A stretch of DNA of 64,000 nucleotides, taken from contig JAPDFW010000044.1 of NCBI GenBank assembly GCA_028826165.1, positions 594,618-658,617 of the forward strand. The letters run 5' to 3'. Below are positions 1 through 14,200 of this stretch, piece by piece. Under the pieces are notes generated by a model. It saw only the letters and a list, made by a program, of their open reading frames with translations. It was not told the DNA's origin and made no database searches. How positions within the stretch are numbered: the stretch's first letter is position 1; every line of letters starts with the position of its first letter. The position numbers were made by a program, and so were the translations under genes. The stretch is from Anaeramoeba ignava BMAN (lineage: Eukaryota; Protista; Anaeramoebae).

Positions 1-180
1 ATTTACTCTCTCGCTTATAATAATAACTAATAATGTTATTATTCCAAGTGTGTAATTTTTCATCAAAATGATATTCTTTTTCTTTTTATTTATTTAAAAT
101 TTAAAAAGTGGAAATGTATAAAAGGAAAAATGATTTTTTTTTCAATTTTTTTTTTTCATTTTATTCATTTTATTCATTTT

Positions 181-1206
181 ATGTTTAAAAAGCAAATGTC
201 AGGTAAATTATATTTATATTTATATTTATATTGATATTTATATTTATATTTATATTTATATTTATATTTATATTTATATTTATATTTATATTTATATTTA
301 TATTTATATTTATATTTATATTTATATTTATATTTATATTTATATTTATATTTATATTTATATTTATATTTATATTTATATTTATATTTATATTTATATT
401 TATATTTATATTTATATTTAAAATTATTTTTATTTCTATATTTATATTTATAATTTATATTTATAATAAAAATAGAACAAGAAAAAGAACAAGAAAAAGA
501 ACAAGAATCAGAAAAAGAATTAGAAAAAGAATTAGAAGAAAAATTTGAAGAAAAAAAACCATTAGAATATATTCCATTATCAGAAATAGTAAGATGGAAC
601 GCACATGCAGGATTATATTTAGCAAAAACACATCCAGATTGGATCAAAGAAAGCAAAAAACTATATGGAAAAAACGAAGAAATCAACCGAAAAATCGGAC
701 TTTTTGCAGCAAATATTTGTCACATTGAATGCGATGCGATCCAAAACTCAGCCAACGGTAATCTTATCCCAGGCGGAGGAGGAATGAACGGTGAGGTTCA
801 CAAAAACGCAGGACCTGAGTTGTCAGAAGCATGCCTAAAAATTGGGCGATGCGATCCAGGAAAAACCAAAATCACCCCAGCATATCATCTGCCTTCAAAA
901 TATATTCTTCATTCTGTTGGGCCTGATGACCAAAATTTAGACCTCCTTAAATCTGCTTATCAAACTGCTTTGAATTATGTTTCTGATAAAACTTTCCAAA
1001 TAAAATCACTCGCTCTTGCTGCTTTGTCAACTGGAACACATTCTATTCCTTACGAGAAAGCCACTCGTGTTGCTTTGTCCGTTGTTCGCGATTGGCTTGA
1101 TGTTAAGGATAATCTTGATAATATTGATTTAGTTATTTTTGTTATGAATTCTCCTCAATTATTCGAAGTTTATGAACGTTTAATGCTTGAATATTTCCCC
1201 ATTTAA
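181..1206 (+). CDS. Macro-domain protein (MACROD/ADP-ribose-binding family), 2 exons
   Basis: ATG at 181 or 196; GT-AG intron 203-475 filled with (TATATT)n. Exon 2 reads in frame through ...[31 protein letters not shown]...[25 protein letters not shown]...LSTGTHSIP, the macro-domain signature. Confidence 0.85.
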
Positions 1207-1596
1207 ATTCAAAAATACCTCAATCGTTTTCTTTTCGTTTTCCTTTTTATTTTAATTAGCAAATTAATTGATTACTTTCTTTTCTTTTTTTTTTGAATTT
1301 TGAATTTTGATTGAATCCAAAAAAAATAAAATCAAAAATTCAATTAAAAATTCAATTTAAAATTTAATTAAAAATTTAAATCAAATTTATCAAATTTCAA
1401 TTAAAAATTTAATTTAAAATTCAATTAAAAAATTTTAATCAAAACTTAATCAAAACTTAATCAAAATTTCAAATCAAAAATTTAATCAAAAACTTAATCA
1501 AAAATTCAATTTAAAATTTAATTTCAAAATTTAATTAAAAATTTATTGCAAAACTTAATTCAAAAATTTAATCAAAAATTCAAATAAAAATAAATC

Positions 1597-4500
1597 TCAA
1601 TTTTCTTTGTTTGTTGATGTTGTTTTTGTAACTTCTGGTTGTATTTCAAGTGATTTTTGATGACAATCTTTATAAGAATGAAATGATAATTTTTCAATTA
1701 AGGAACTCATTTGATAAATTGGTTGAAAATTATAAGGTTTTTGTTGATATTGTTGAAGTTCAAGAATAACAGATGAAATCAATCTTCTTTTTGTAAAATT
1801 AATCAAATTTCCAGTAAAATCCCGATTTCCTTCTTCAATAAAAGTTAAATCAGTCAAATAAACACCAAGAAAAGGAACACAAGGTGGAGTTGCATTATGA
1901 AGTAAATCTCGATATTTTCGATAAGAAGATTCAGAACTCATTTTATTTTTCAAATCCAAATAAAAATCCATTTGCTTTTTTGGTATTTCATTCCAAATAC
2001 TTGTTAATCGAGTTACTGAAGAATCATTCATACCAGAGATCACTGATATTAATCCATGATAATTATTCATTAAATACAAATTTTCTGCAACTCGTATGAA
2101 TTTAATCATTAGTTTAGATCTTGACCTTTGATTTCCACTAAATATAATTGATGATGTGATCCAATTTGAAAGTTGATTAAAATTATATATCATTTTTAAT
2201 ACGTTTGGTGAACGATGTCTTAATTTAGAATTATTCCAGGAAAGATTTAAAAGTTCAGAAGACTAAATTTTAATTTGAATTTTAATTTTGATTTTAATTT
2301 TAATTTGAATTTTAATTTTGATTTTAATTTTAATTTTAATTTTGATTTTAATTTTAATTTTATAAATGAATTTTAATTTTAATTTTAATTTTATAAATGA
2401 ATTTTAATTTTAATTTTAAATTTGATTTTAATTTCAATTTTAATTTTAATTTTAATTTTAATTTTAATTTTAATTTTAATTTTGATTTTAATTTTAATTT
2501 TAATTTTAATTTTAATTTTAATTTTAATTTTAATTTTAATTTTAATTTTAATTTTAATTTTAATTTTGATTTTAATTTTATAAATGAATTTTAATTTTGA
2601 TTTTAATTTACTTCAATTTGACTGTAAATTTTAAATTGAATTAATGTAATTTGACGAGATAATTCTTCTTCATCTGAATCTAAAAGAGAAAATGCTCGAC
2701 TAAAAATATTTTTGGGAACTTTTGGTTCGGGAGGAGATTCTGGGAATAAAATTTCATTCTTTTTTTCCTTTTTTGAAATTTTCTTTGACATTAAATTTCT
2801 GAGTTGAATTGCAAGATTTACTTGATTGTGTTTCACTAATTTTTCATTAATAAAATCTCCAATTTCTTGAATCAAATTTTCATCAAAATCAGAAAAATGT
2901 GATTCAATCCAAGTTTTAATCACATTCACAACTTTTAAATGAATAAAATATCGTTTTTGTTCAAAATCTTCTGTAATAACTGAAGGTTTAGGAACATCAT
3001 ATCTTTTTTTTTATTTTTAAATAAATTTTTTTAGCTGTCAAAAATCGGAAAAAAATTTTTAAATTAAATTTCTTAGTTGTCAATTCAAACCTTTGAATTA
3101 ATTTTGCTAATAATTTTCTTGGTGTTGTAAAAGATTGATAAGTCATTAAAAAGGTTTTCATATATTTGAAATCATGTGTTTCTTCATGTGTTAATTTTTC
3201 GACTAATTTGTTTAAATTTGCTGCTTTAATAAATTCTATTTTTATATTTTTTTTTTTAGTATTTTCAAAATAAAAAAAACTAATTTTGCAAAATTATATC
3301 AAAATGAGAATAATTTACTTCCATCTTCTGTATAAACAATATTAGCTTCAGAATCTTCAAGTTCTTCCCAAAATGGAATATCTGAATTTAATATTTCATC
3401 CTCTCTAAATAAACCAAGGAAAAACAAAAATAATTTTGATTGAATATTAAAATTTCAAATTGAATTTTTCTTTTGAATAAATTACTGAAAATTAAATGTA
3501 TTTTCTGTAATTAAAACTTCTTTATCTTCAGTTTTATCTTCATATTTTGTGATATAATTTTTATCCCATAAATTATTCTTTGATTTGAGAGAAAGACAAA
3601 CCAATCTTTTCAATCGACTATCTTTTTCATAATCAAGTTCATAAGGAATTTGACTTTCAAATTCAAGTGATTCAATTGTTTTATAAAGTCCTTTAAGGTA
3701 TAAATGGTGCATTATTAATTGAATAACTTTTTGTCTTGAAAGTGATTCTTTTGATTCAGTAAAGCCAATTTCATAAAGGGTTCCAAAACTAATTTTGATT
3801 TTGATTTTGATTTTGATTTTTATTTTGATTTTGATTTAAATTTTGATTTTGATTTTGATTTTGATTTTAATTTTGATTTTGATTTTGATTTTGATTTTGA
3901 TTTTGATTTTGATTTTGATTTTGATTTTGATTTTGATTTTGATTTTAATTTTGATTTTGATTTTGATTTTGATTTTGATTTTGATTTTGATTTTAATTTT
4001 GATTTTGATTTTGATTTTAATTTTGATTTTAATTTAAAATATATACCTTTGTTCATTTGTTAAAGGTCTAATTCTTTCCCTTAAATTAAGAATATCTGGA
4101 TTCTTCTTCATTATATGTGCAACCCATTCTGTTTGTGGAATTTCTACCTCTTTTTCAATTGATTCATTCGATTCTTTCCAAATTGGATTTTCTGATTTTT
4201 TATTCAATATTTTTTCATCTTGGATTTCATTATTTTTTTCTAATTTATATTTTTTGATTTTAATTTTTATATATATTTTTATATTTTTATGATTTTTACC
4301 TTGAATATTTGGATTATTTATCATATTAACTTTGGGTTGTTTTTCTTGGTTTGTATTCTTTGAATCATGTATTTCTTCTTGATTTGTTTTTTCAAATTCC
4401 TGAATAACATTTTTTTGAATTTCATGAATTTTTTCAAGATTTCCTGAAATTTTTTGAGAAGTTTTTTCTTGATTTTGTTGAGGAATATAAATTGTTTCTC

Positions 4501-5829
4501 TTTGAACAATTGATTGTTTAATACTTTTTAAAAGTTCTGTTTCATTTGTTAAAATTGGTTTCTTTTTTTTGGATTCTTTATCTTTATCTTTATCTTTATC
4601 TTTATCTTTATCTTTGTTTTTATCTTTATCTTTATCTTTTTTTGATTTTTTTGATTTTGATTTTGATTTTGATTCTTTTTCTTTTTCTTTTTCTTTTTCT
4701 TCCAATGAATGTTTTGGACTTTCTTTTGGAGTTTTTCTTTTTCCTTCAATTAATATTGGTTTAGTTGGAATATTTGTGAATTTAATTGGTGATTTATTGA
4801 TTGAGAATTTTGGTTTTTCATTTGATTCTTGATTTTGCATTTTAAAGAAAGGTCTTGTTGTTTGTTTTTTAATTTGTAAAGGTGGTTTTCCTCTTGGAAA
4901 AATATTATTTCTTTGTAATGTATCAAAATTTGGAATTTTTTCATTTTGATTTGGTGATATTTTTTTTGGAGGTGGTTTTGGTGGTTTTTCTACATTTAGA
5001 TTTCCAATTTTCTCATTTTGTTTTGTTTGAATTGGGGAAATTTTTGGAGGTGGTTTTGGTGGTTTTTCTTCATTTAGATTTCCAATTTTTTCATTTTGAT
5101 TTGGTGATATTTTTTTTGGAGGTGGTTTTGGTGGTTTTTCTTCAGTTAAATTTATAAATTTTTCGTTTTGATTTGTTGGCATTTTTTTTGTTGGTAATTT
5201 TTGTGGTGATTTTTTTAAATTTTCTTCTGATGAATTATTGAATTTTTGAGAAGTTGATCTACCAAAATTCAAAGGAGAATTTTTATGATTAATTATTAAA
5301 GATTTTGGATCGTTTTGAGGATGTGGTAAATTTTGTGAACGATATAAATTGGGTTTATTTGCACTTTTTGATGTTGGAGAAGGTGTTTTGAAAGTTTTAG
5401 AAGGAGTTTTATTGAGATTAGTTTGATTTTGATTTGAATTTCTTAATGAATTTTGATTTTGATTTTGATTTTGATTTTGATTTTTGATTTTGATTTTGAT
5501 TTTGATTTAAATTTTGATTTTGATTTAAATTTTGATTTAAATTTTGATTTAAATTTTGATTTTGATTTAAATTTTGATTTAAATTTGAATTTCTTAATGA
5601 ATTTTGATTTTGATTTTGATTTTGATTTTGATTTTGATTTGAATTTCTTAATGAATTTTGGTTTTGATTTTGATTTTTGATTTTTTAAATTTTCTCTTTT
5701 ATTTGTTCTTGGAATTGTTTTTGGAATTGAAATTGTTTTTTTTAGGTTTGTTTGTTCTGTTTTTTCATTTAAATGAGATGGAATTCTTCCTCTATCAAAA
5801 GTTTTTCTTCCTCGATTTTGTGGGTTCAT
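1597..5829 (-). CDS. Ras guanine-nucleotide exchange factor: Pro-rich N-terminus, LisH motif, REM and CDC25 domains
   Basis: CDC25 motifs (NNYHGLISVISG, PPCVPFLGVYLTDLTFIEEGN, LINFTKRR); REM (IKAANLNKLVEKLT...FLMTYQSFTT); LisH-like VIQLIMHHLYLKGLYKTIESLEFES. Introns at about 4240-4299, 3789-4046, 3405-3485, 3236-3318, 3003-3090 and 2263-2611. Apparent homopolymer frameshifts in the QN repeat at about 5480-5680. Confidence 0.88.
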
Positions 5830-6188
5830 AAATTTTATGAATAATATTTTTTTTTTAAGTTCTGAATTTGATAAATAATTAAAAAAAAAAAGTTTTTAAA
5901 AAATGAAAAATGAAAAAAAAAATGAAAAATTTAATTCTCTCTTTTTTTTTTTACTTTTTCATTTTATTTCCTTTTTTGTTTGTTTTTTGTTTTTTAAATT
6001 TTTTTTTTTGGAAATAAATTGAAGGAAAAATATAAAAAAAAATTAATATTTATTTAAACAAGAACAAAAGAAAAATCACAATCAATTAATTAATTAATCA
6101 ATCAATCAAAAATTAAATTCTTTCTTTCTTTTTTCTTTCTTTTTTTTTCTTTTTTTCATTTTTAAAAATTAAAACATCAATTAATTTA

Positions 6189-9100
6189 TTATACAAGAAA
6201 TTGATTAATTGTAATGTTCTTCACAAAGTTAGAAAGTACAAAATTTGTCAAAAAATAAAAACAAATTCCAATTAAAATTGATAAAGGAAGAGCTGGAAGA
6301 ATTTTTCGATAAAATGCTAAAAGAAATAAAGTTAAAGTCAAACCCTTTTAAAAGAAATTAAACAAAAAAATAATAAATTAAATATAAATCAAATATTAAT
6401 CAAATATTTTAAATATAAATCAAATATAAATCAAATATAAATTAAATATTTTAAATATAAATCAAATATTAATTAAATATAAATTAAATATAAATCAAAT
6501 ATTAATTAAACAAAAAAATAATAAATTAAATATAAATCAAATATTTTAAATATATTTCAAATATAAATCAAATATAAATCAAATATAAATTAAATATTTT
6601 AAATATAAATCAAATATTTTAAATATTAATCAAATATTTTAAATATAAATCAAATATAAATCAAATATTTTAAATATTACCATTAAAATTGCAAAAAAAC
6701 AAGTAAAAACTGTTAAATAGCCATAAAAACAAGCGCGAGAAATAAGTACTGAATAAAAAACAAAATCACCAACTCCTAATTTTACTTCAGCTTTTGATTT
6801 ATATTGTTATGTTAATATATAAAATCAATTTGTTTTTATTAAAAATTTCTTTCTTTTTTTTAAATACCTTTTTCTTGTTCTTTTGTTTTTTCTTTTTCTT
6901 TTGAAATAATTGTATCAGTTTCACTTATAGTTTCTGTTGAAATATTATCAGTTTCAGAAAGTGTTGTAATTTCTGATAAAGTTTCATTTACAGTATTTTC
7001 AATATTTTGAATATTTTTTTCAGGTTTTTTAAAAATTGGATATTTTATTTTAGTGAAGAGCATTAAAGAAGCTATTTTTTTACAATAAAAAATTTTGATT
7101 TTAAATTTAATTTTAATTTTAATTTTAATTTTAATTTTAATTTTAATTTTAATTTTAATTTTAATTTTAATTTTAAATTTTAATTTTAAATTTTAATTTT
7201 AAATTTTAATTTTAAATTTTAATTTTAAATTTTAATTTTAAATTTTAATTTTAAATTTTAATATTAATTTTAATTTTAATTTTAAATTTAATTTCCGATT
7301 TGGATTTTAAATAAATACATGAATAAATTAATGATGGTAAAGGTTGATTTTTTTTGATTGATTCTTGAATTAATATTTGAAGTGGTCCATTTGGTGTTAA
7401 AACTGCAATAAGATCTAAAAAAAAAAAAAGATTTTAAATCAAAAAATTGAAAAAAAATTTAATTTAATAATTAAATATAAATTACCATAAAGAGCAAGAA
7501 CAATCAATAAAATCCAAGTTGTTAATTCAGGTAATTTAGAAATTTCAATTGCAAGTAAAGAACTGAAACAAATTAAATAAAATTGATTGATTCTTTTAGA
7601 TTTTGGAATAAAAATAACGAAAATTCCAACAATAGAAAAATTGAAAACAATAATAAAAAAGCTTATCCAATCAATTCCAAAATTTAAAACTTGGTCAATT
7701 TCACTAATTAATTTTAATTTTGATTTTGATTTTAATTTTAATTTTAAATTTATTTTTAATTTTATTAATTTAAATTTAAATTTTAATTTTAATTTTAATT
7801 TTAATTTAAATTTAATTTTAATTTTGATTTTAATTATAAATTTAATTTTAATTTTAATATTAATTTTAATTTTAATTTTAATTTTAATTTTAATTTTAAT
7901 TTTAATTTTAAATTTAATTTTAATTTTAATTTTAATTTTAATTTTAATTTTAAATTTAAATTTAATTTTAATTTTAATTTTAATTTTAATTTTAATTTTA
8001 ATTTTAATTTTAATTTTAATTTTAATTTTAATTTTAATTTTTAATTTAAATTTAAATTTTAATTTTAATAAATAATTTTAAAACAACAATTTCACTAATT
8101 AATTTTAATTTTGATTTTAATATTAATTTCAATAATAAAATGAAAATTTTAATTTTAATTTTGATTTTAATAACAATATTAATTTTAAAATTTTTAATTT
8201 TAAATTATAAATGAATTTTAAATTTATTTTTAATTTTAAATTATAAATGAATTTTAAATTTAATTTTAATTTTAAATTTAATTTTAATTTTAATTTGAAT
8301 TTTACAGTAAACAATTTGCTGTAAATAACGTTAAAACAACAAAAGTTGTCAAAAGCAACCAAATATATAAAATTTTATTCCAACCAAATTTCAAAAATAA
8401 AATCAAAAGAGCAGTACTACCAAAAATGATACTAATAACAATAATAGCATTTAAAAAGGAACCAAAAAAATATTTCTGAAAAGAATCACTATCATTTTGA
8501 TGATAAACAGTCAAATCACGAATTCCATGTTCTTGACTTGTGATTTGATTTTGTAAGTAAATTGATTGAAGAAAAAATACAACTATAACCATTGATAATG
8601 CAACTGGAACAAGAATACTTTTAGTTGTTCTTGTAAAAAAATCAACATAATCAGCAAATTCAAATTCAGAATATGAATCACTTGGTATTTCAGTTTCACT
8701 TGTTTTTTCAACAAAAGTTTGATAATTATTTGTTTCTTTTTTTTTTTTTAAATTTTTAATTGAATTTGAATTTAATTTTAATTTAATTTTAATTTAATTT
8801 TTAATTTTAATTTAATTTTATAAATTAATTTAATTTAATTTTTAAATTGGATTTTGAATTTAATTTAATTTTTAATTTAATTTAATTTTAATTTGAATTA
8901 AATTTTAATTTTAATTTAGTTTTTTAATTTAAATTTGAATTTAATTTTAATTTAATTTTTAAAGTTGAAAAATGAAAAATTTTAATTTTTAATTTTTGAT
9001 TTGAATTTGAATTTAATTTTAATTTAATTTTTAAATTGAATTTAATTTAATTTTTAATTCAATTTTGAATTTAATTTTGAATTTAATTTTGAATTTAATT

Positions 9101-9265
9101 TTGAATTTAATTTTTAAATTTAATTTATTTTCTTTTTGAATTTAATTCGAATTTAATTGTTATTAATTTTATTTTAATTTTGAATTTAATTTTTAAATTG
9201 GATTAATTGATCTTACTTTCGTTTTTTCTTTCTATTTCAATTTTAAGATTTTCTTCACTTGACAT
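6189..9265 (-). CDS. PSEN: Presenilin (gamma-secretase catalytic subunit, peptidase A22A)
   Basis: The spliced reconstruction gives LPELTTWILLIVLALYDLIAVLTPNGPL (catalytic YD, split by an intron), VKLGVGDFVFYS (GxGD) and ILPALPLSI (PAL motif), with multiple TM segments. ATG at 9265, TAA at 6189-6191. Confidence 0.92.
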
Positions 9266-9631
9266 TTATTTTTTTAATATTAATTCTAATTATAAATATT
9301 TTTATTATTATTATTTTTTGGTTCAGTTTTTTCTCCTTTTCTTTTTTAAATAATTTTAAAATAATATAAAATAAAAAATTAAAATGAAAAAAAATGAAAA
9401 AAAATGAAAAAAAAATTTTTAATTGTTTAATTTTTTTTTTTCTTTATTTTAATTTCTTTGTTTTTGGGGGCATTATTAATAATTTAATTTAATTTAATTT
9501 AATTTAATTTCTTTCATCAAAAAAAAAAATTAAACAATTTATTAAAAAAAATACTTCTTCTTTTATTTTCAATTTGCTTTTTTTTTGTTTTATTTTCTTT
9601 TTTTTAAATTCATTTTTATTTAAGAAATGAA

Positions 9632-10938
9632 TTATTTTTTGAAAAAAAAAGGCCAAATTGAAACTAAAATTGAAATTAAAACTAAAAAAAATCCACCAAT
9701 AAAAAAGAAAGAAAGTCCAAATTGAAAATCAATTTGTGAAGCTGGGATCCAATTATAAAAAACAAGAAGAGTTTCTGGTTGTTCTAAAGTAGAATTTAAT
9801 CGAGTATCTAATTATTTAAAATTTATTTTAATAATAAAAAAAAATAAAGCAATTTTTAAATTAAATTAAAATCGGAAAAAAAAAATGTTAATAATTTTTA
9901 CATTCTTCTTTCCAAGTAATTTTTGTAATTTCTTCGAATTCATATTCGAAATTAAATTCAATACTTGTTAAAGTTTTTCCTGTTTGTCCATCATATATAA
10001 TAAACCAAGGTGTTTCAAATCTTCTGTTATCGAAAGAAAATGATCTAATTTTTAATTTTATAAATCAATTTAATTTTATAAATCATTTTAATTTTATAAA
10101 TAAATTTAATTTTATAAATCAATTTAAATTTATAAATCAATTTAATTTTATAAATCATTTTAATTTTATAAATCAATTTAATTTTACAAATCAATTTAAA
10201 TTTATAAATCAATTTAATTTTATAAATGAATTTAATTTTATAAATGAATTTAATTTTATAAATAATTTTAATTTTATAAATCATTTTAATTTTATAAATC
10301 ATTTTAATTTTATAAATCATTTTAATTTTATAAATAAATTTAATTTTATAAATCAATTTAATTTTATAAATAATTTTAATTTTATAAATCATTTTAATTT
10401 TATAAATCAATTTAAATTTATAAATCAATTTAATTTTATAAATAAATTTAATTTTATAAATAAATTTAATTTTATAAATAATTTTAATTTATAAATCATT
10501 TTAATTTTATAAATAAATTTAATTTTATAAATCAATTTAATTTTATAAATCAATTTAATTTTATAAATCAATTTAATTTTATAAATCATTTTAATTTTAA
10601 ATTATAAATTTCATGTTAATCTTAATTTTGAGTTGAATTTGAGTTGGAATATAAAAAAGATTCATCATTTATAAAAACAAATCAAGATACATTTTATATA
10701 AACTATCTTTTTTCATATTTCTAAGAGTAGCTAATATAGCTTGAGTATTTTGATTAAAACGAGGTCTTTCTCTTCCAGAAACATCTTCCCAAAATGTTCT
10801 TTTATCATTTATTTGATATCTTTTCATCATTTGTTTAATTCTTCCTTCTGTTGAAGGTTTACATTGTGAATCAATTATAAAAAATAAAATAATTGAAAAT
10901 CCAATAAAAAAATTATTTTGTTGATTAAATTTTTGCAT
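9632..10938 (-). CDS. Signal-peptide plus C-terminal TM protein resembling plant NPU (At3g51610 family); 3 exons
   Basis: The spliced product reads ...GRIKQMMKRYQINDKRTFWEDVSGRERPRF...LYKISFSFDNRRFETPWFII...PETLLVFYNWIPASQIDFQFGLSFFFIGGFFLVLISILVSIW. This parallels my recollection of NPU motifs (RTxWHDVIG..PxF; YKI.F..G..F..W; P..LV.Y.W.....ID...G + TM). The 3' end is uncertain because of a T-run near 9642-9650. Confidence 0.6.
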
Positions 10939-11239
10939 CAAATTAAAAATGTTTTTTTTTTATAAATTGAAAAGAATAAAAAAAAAGAAAAAAAAAGAAA
11001 AAATTTCTATTAAAACAATAAAAAGAAAAAAAAAGAAAAAATGAAATTTTGAAAAATTGAAAAATTTCAAAAATTAAAATTGGAAAATAAAACCAAAATT
11101 AAAATTTAAAAAAAATAAAAGGAAAAAACCAAATTTTTTTTTCAATTTAAAAAATTTTTTTTAATTTTTTCTTTTTCATTTTTTTTTTATTCTTTTTTCT
11201 CCTTTTGTTTTTAATAATTTCATTTTTTTTTTAACTAAA

Positions 11240-14200
11240 ATGTCAAGAATAAAAGATTTATTTCAAGAAAAAAAAGCAATCCATAATCTTCTTGGTTATG
11301 ATTTACAACCAAAAGATTATAAATTATTTTTTCGTTCTTCACAAGAAACAATAAAATTAAGAGAATTATGGAATAAAAGACCTGTTCCAAAAAATTTATC
11401 AAATGAGGACCAAGTAAACAAGCAACTTTCACATTCATTTACAAAATTTAATTTATAAAATTTAAATATAAAATTATTTATAAAATTAAATATAAAATTA
11501 TTTATAAAATTATTTATAAAATTATTTATTAAATTATTTATTAAATTAATTATAAAATTATTTATAAAATTATTTATAAAATTATTTATAAAATTATTTA
11601 TAAAATTAAATATAAAATTAAATATAAAATTATTTATAAAATTATTTATTATTTAAATATAATTAAATATAAAATTATTAAATATAAAAAATTAAAATTA
11701 TTTTATAAAATTAAATATAAAATTTAAATATAAAATTATTTATAAAATTATTTATAAAATTATTTATAAAATTATTAATAAAATTATTTATAAAATTATT
11801 TATAAAATTATTTATAAAATTATTTATAAAATTAATTATAAAATTAAATATAAAATTATTTATAAAATTAATTATAAAAATTTTAAAAATTTATAAAATT
11901 TAATATAAAATTAAATATAAATTATTTATAAAATTATTTATAAAATTATTTATAAAATTATTAATAAAATTATTTATAAAATTATTTATAAAATTATTAA
12001 TAAAATTATTTATAAAATTATTTATTAAAATTATTTATAAAATTATTTATAAAATTAAATATAAAATTAATTATAAAATTAAATATAAAATTAATTATAA
12101 AATTAATTACAAAATTATTTATAAAATTAATTATAAAATTAATTATTAAATTTATAAAATTAAATATAAAATTAAATATAAAATTAATTAAAATTAAATA
12201 TAAAATTAATTTAAAATAAAAAAATATAAAATTATTTATAAAATTAATTATTAATTTAAATATAATATTAATTATAAAATTATTTATAAAATTAAATATA
12301 AAATTAAATATTAAATTATTTATAAAATTAAATATTAATTTAAATATAAAAATTATTAAAATTTATAAAATTATTTATAAAATTATTTATAAAATTATTT
12401 ATAAAATTATTTATAAAATTATTTATTAAATTATTTATAAAATTAATTATAAAATTAAATATAAAATTAATTATAAAATTAATTATAAAATTAATTATAA
12501 AATTAATTATAAAATTATTTATAAAATTAATTATAAAATTATTTATAAAATTATTTATAAAATTACTTTAAAAAAAAAATTTCAGATCAATGAATTCCAA
12601 ACTCAAAAAATTAATTGGTTTATGGAATTCACAAATATTTTTTTACTTACTTATCAAAACTGGGATCCACATCCACAATATAACGAAACAATTAATATAA
12701 ATGAAGAAAAAAATAAATCGAAAAATAAATCAAAAAATAAATCAAAAAATAAATCAAAAAATAAATCAGAAATTTTAAACAGAAAATTAAAATCACTCAA
12801 GCAACTCAAACAAATAATTCTTTTAGATCAAGTTCATCCACCTGAATTAATAAAAGATACTTTCTATTTTATAGATAATTTTATAAATAGTATTTCAAAA
12901 GAATTCATTATTTTTTTTTGTCAATTCAAAAAAGAAAAATAATAATGATTTATTTATTAATTTATTTATTTATTTAGTTCTTGATTCACATTTTGATTCA
13001 ACAAAGAAAAAATTCTCTCAAAATTTAAAAGAAATTTATGAAAAAAATTCACATTTAATTGAATCAGGAATTTCTTTAAAAATGCTTGCAATTTTAGCAA
13101 GATCTTTTTATAATCAATTGCAATTTGAATCTTGTTCCATTTTTGAAAAATTAAAAATACTTATTCTTCATGCAACAAATCAACTGATTTTATTTTTTCA
13201 AGATTGCAAAACAAAAGTAATCCACTTTTTTCTTTTCTTTTCTTTTCTTTTCTTTTCTTTTCTTTTTTTCTTTTCTTTTCTTTTTGAATTGAAAATTTAT
13301 ATCGTTTTTTTTTTCTTAATTTAGTTGAAAAAAATTAATCTCAAAATGAATTTTAGAATCAACTTATTCCATTTTATTGTTGAAAATATTCTGGAAACAA
13401 TTTCTTTAACAATTAAATTTAAACCTTTATTTAATCAAAAATTTTCAAAAACAATTCAAGAATCTCGAATGATTGATAATTTAATTCGTAAATTCCATCT
13501 TAATTGATATTCTTTCATTTTTTTTTTTAATTATTTATTTTTATCAATATAAATTTAGATTTACTTGAAATGTATTTAAAAATCTCTCAAAAATTCATCT
13601 TTCCAGAAGAATTTTATCGTTTCCAAGAAAAAATATTCTACATTTTCAACGAATTTATCAACCAAAAAATTTTAACTCTTCATCAAATTTCTTTTTCAAC
13701 TCATATTTATATTCAAATGATTTTTCCTCCCAAAAATAACTTGGAAGAATTTGATTATTTGACAAAAAATATATTTGATTATTTTCCTGAACAAAATTCT
13801 CAAGAAAAAAGACCAAAAATTAATCTTTTAGAAATTCGGAAATGCCAATTTAATAATATGATCCATTTATTCAAAAATATTCAGGAGGTTTTAGTTTCTT
13901 TTCCTTCTATTGAAAAGGAAATTATTGAAAATGAACATTTTCTCAAATTAATTGATTTTGTTCTTTGGACTTCAGTTACTTTTAAAGAATTTACTATTGG
14001 AAATAAAGATTTTGAAAATGAAAATGAAAATGAAAATGAAAATGAAAATGAAAATGAAAATAATTATGAAGGTATTAAAAAAAAAAGGAAATTTTATATA
14101 TTTAACAAAAGGAAATTGAACAAATTGTCTTTTTTTTCCATTTTATAATTGTTTAAATTTCAGTTGAAAATGATTTGCCTTATCCTGTTCCTTGTGATAT

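Noticed and set aside
10045-10690. U12-type intron (5' GTATCTTG)
   Set aside because: The donor only partly matches GTATCCTT, and there is no TCCTTAAC-like branch point near the acceptor.
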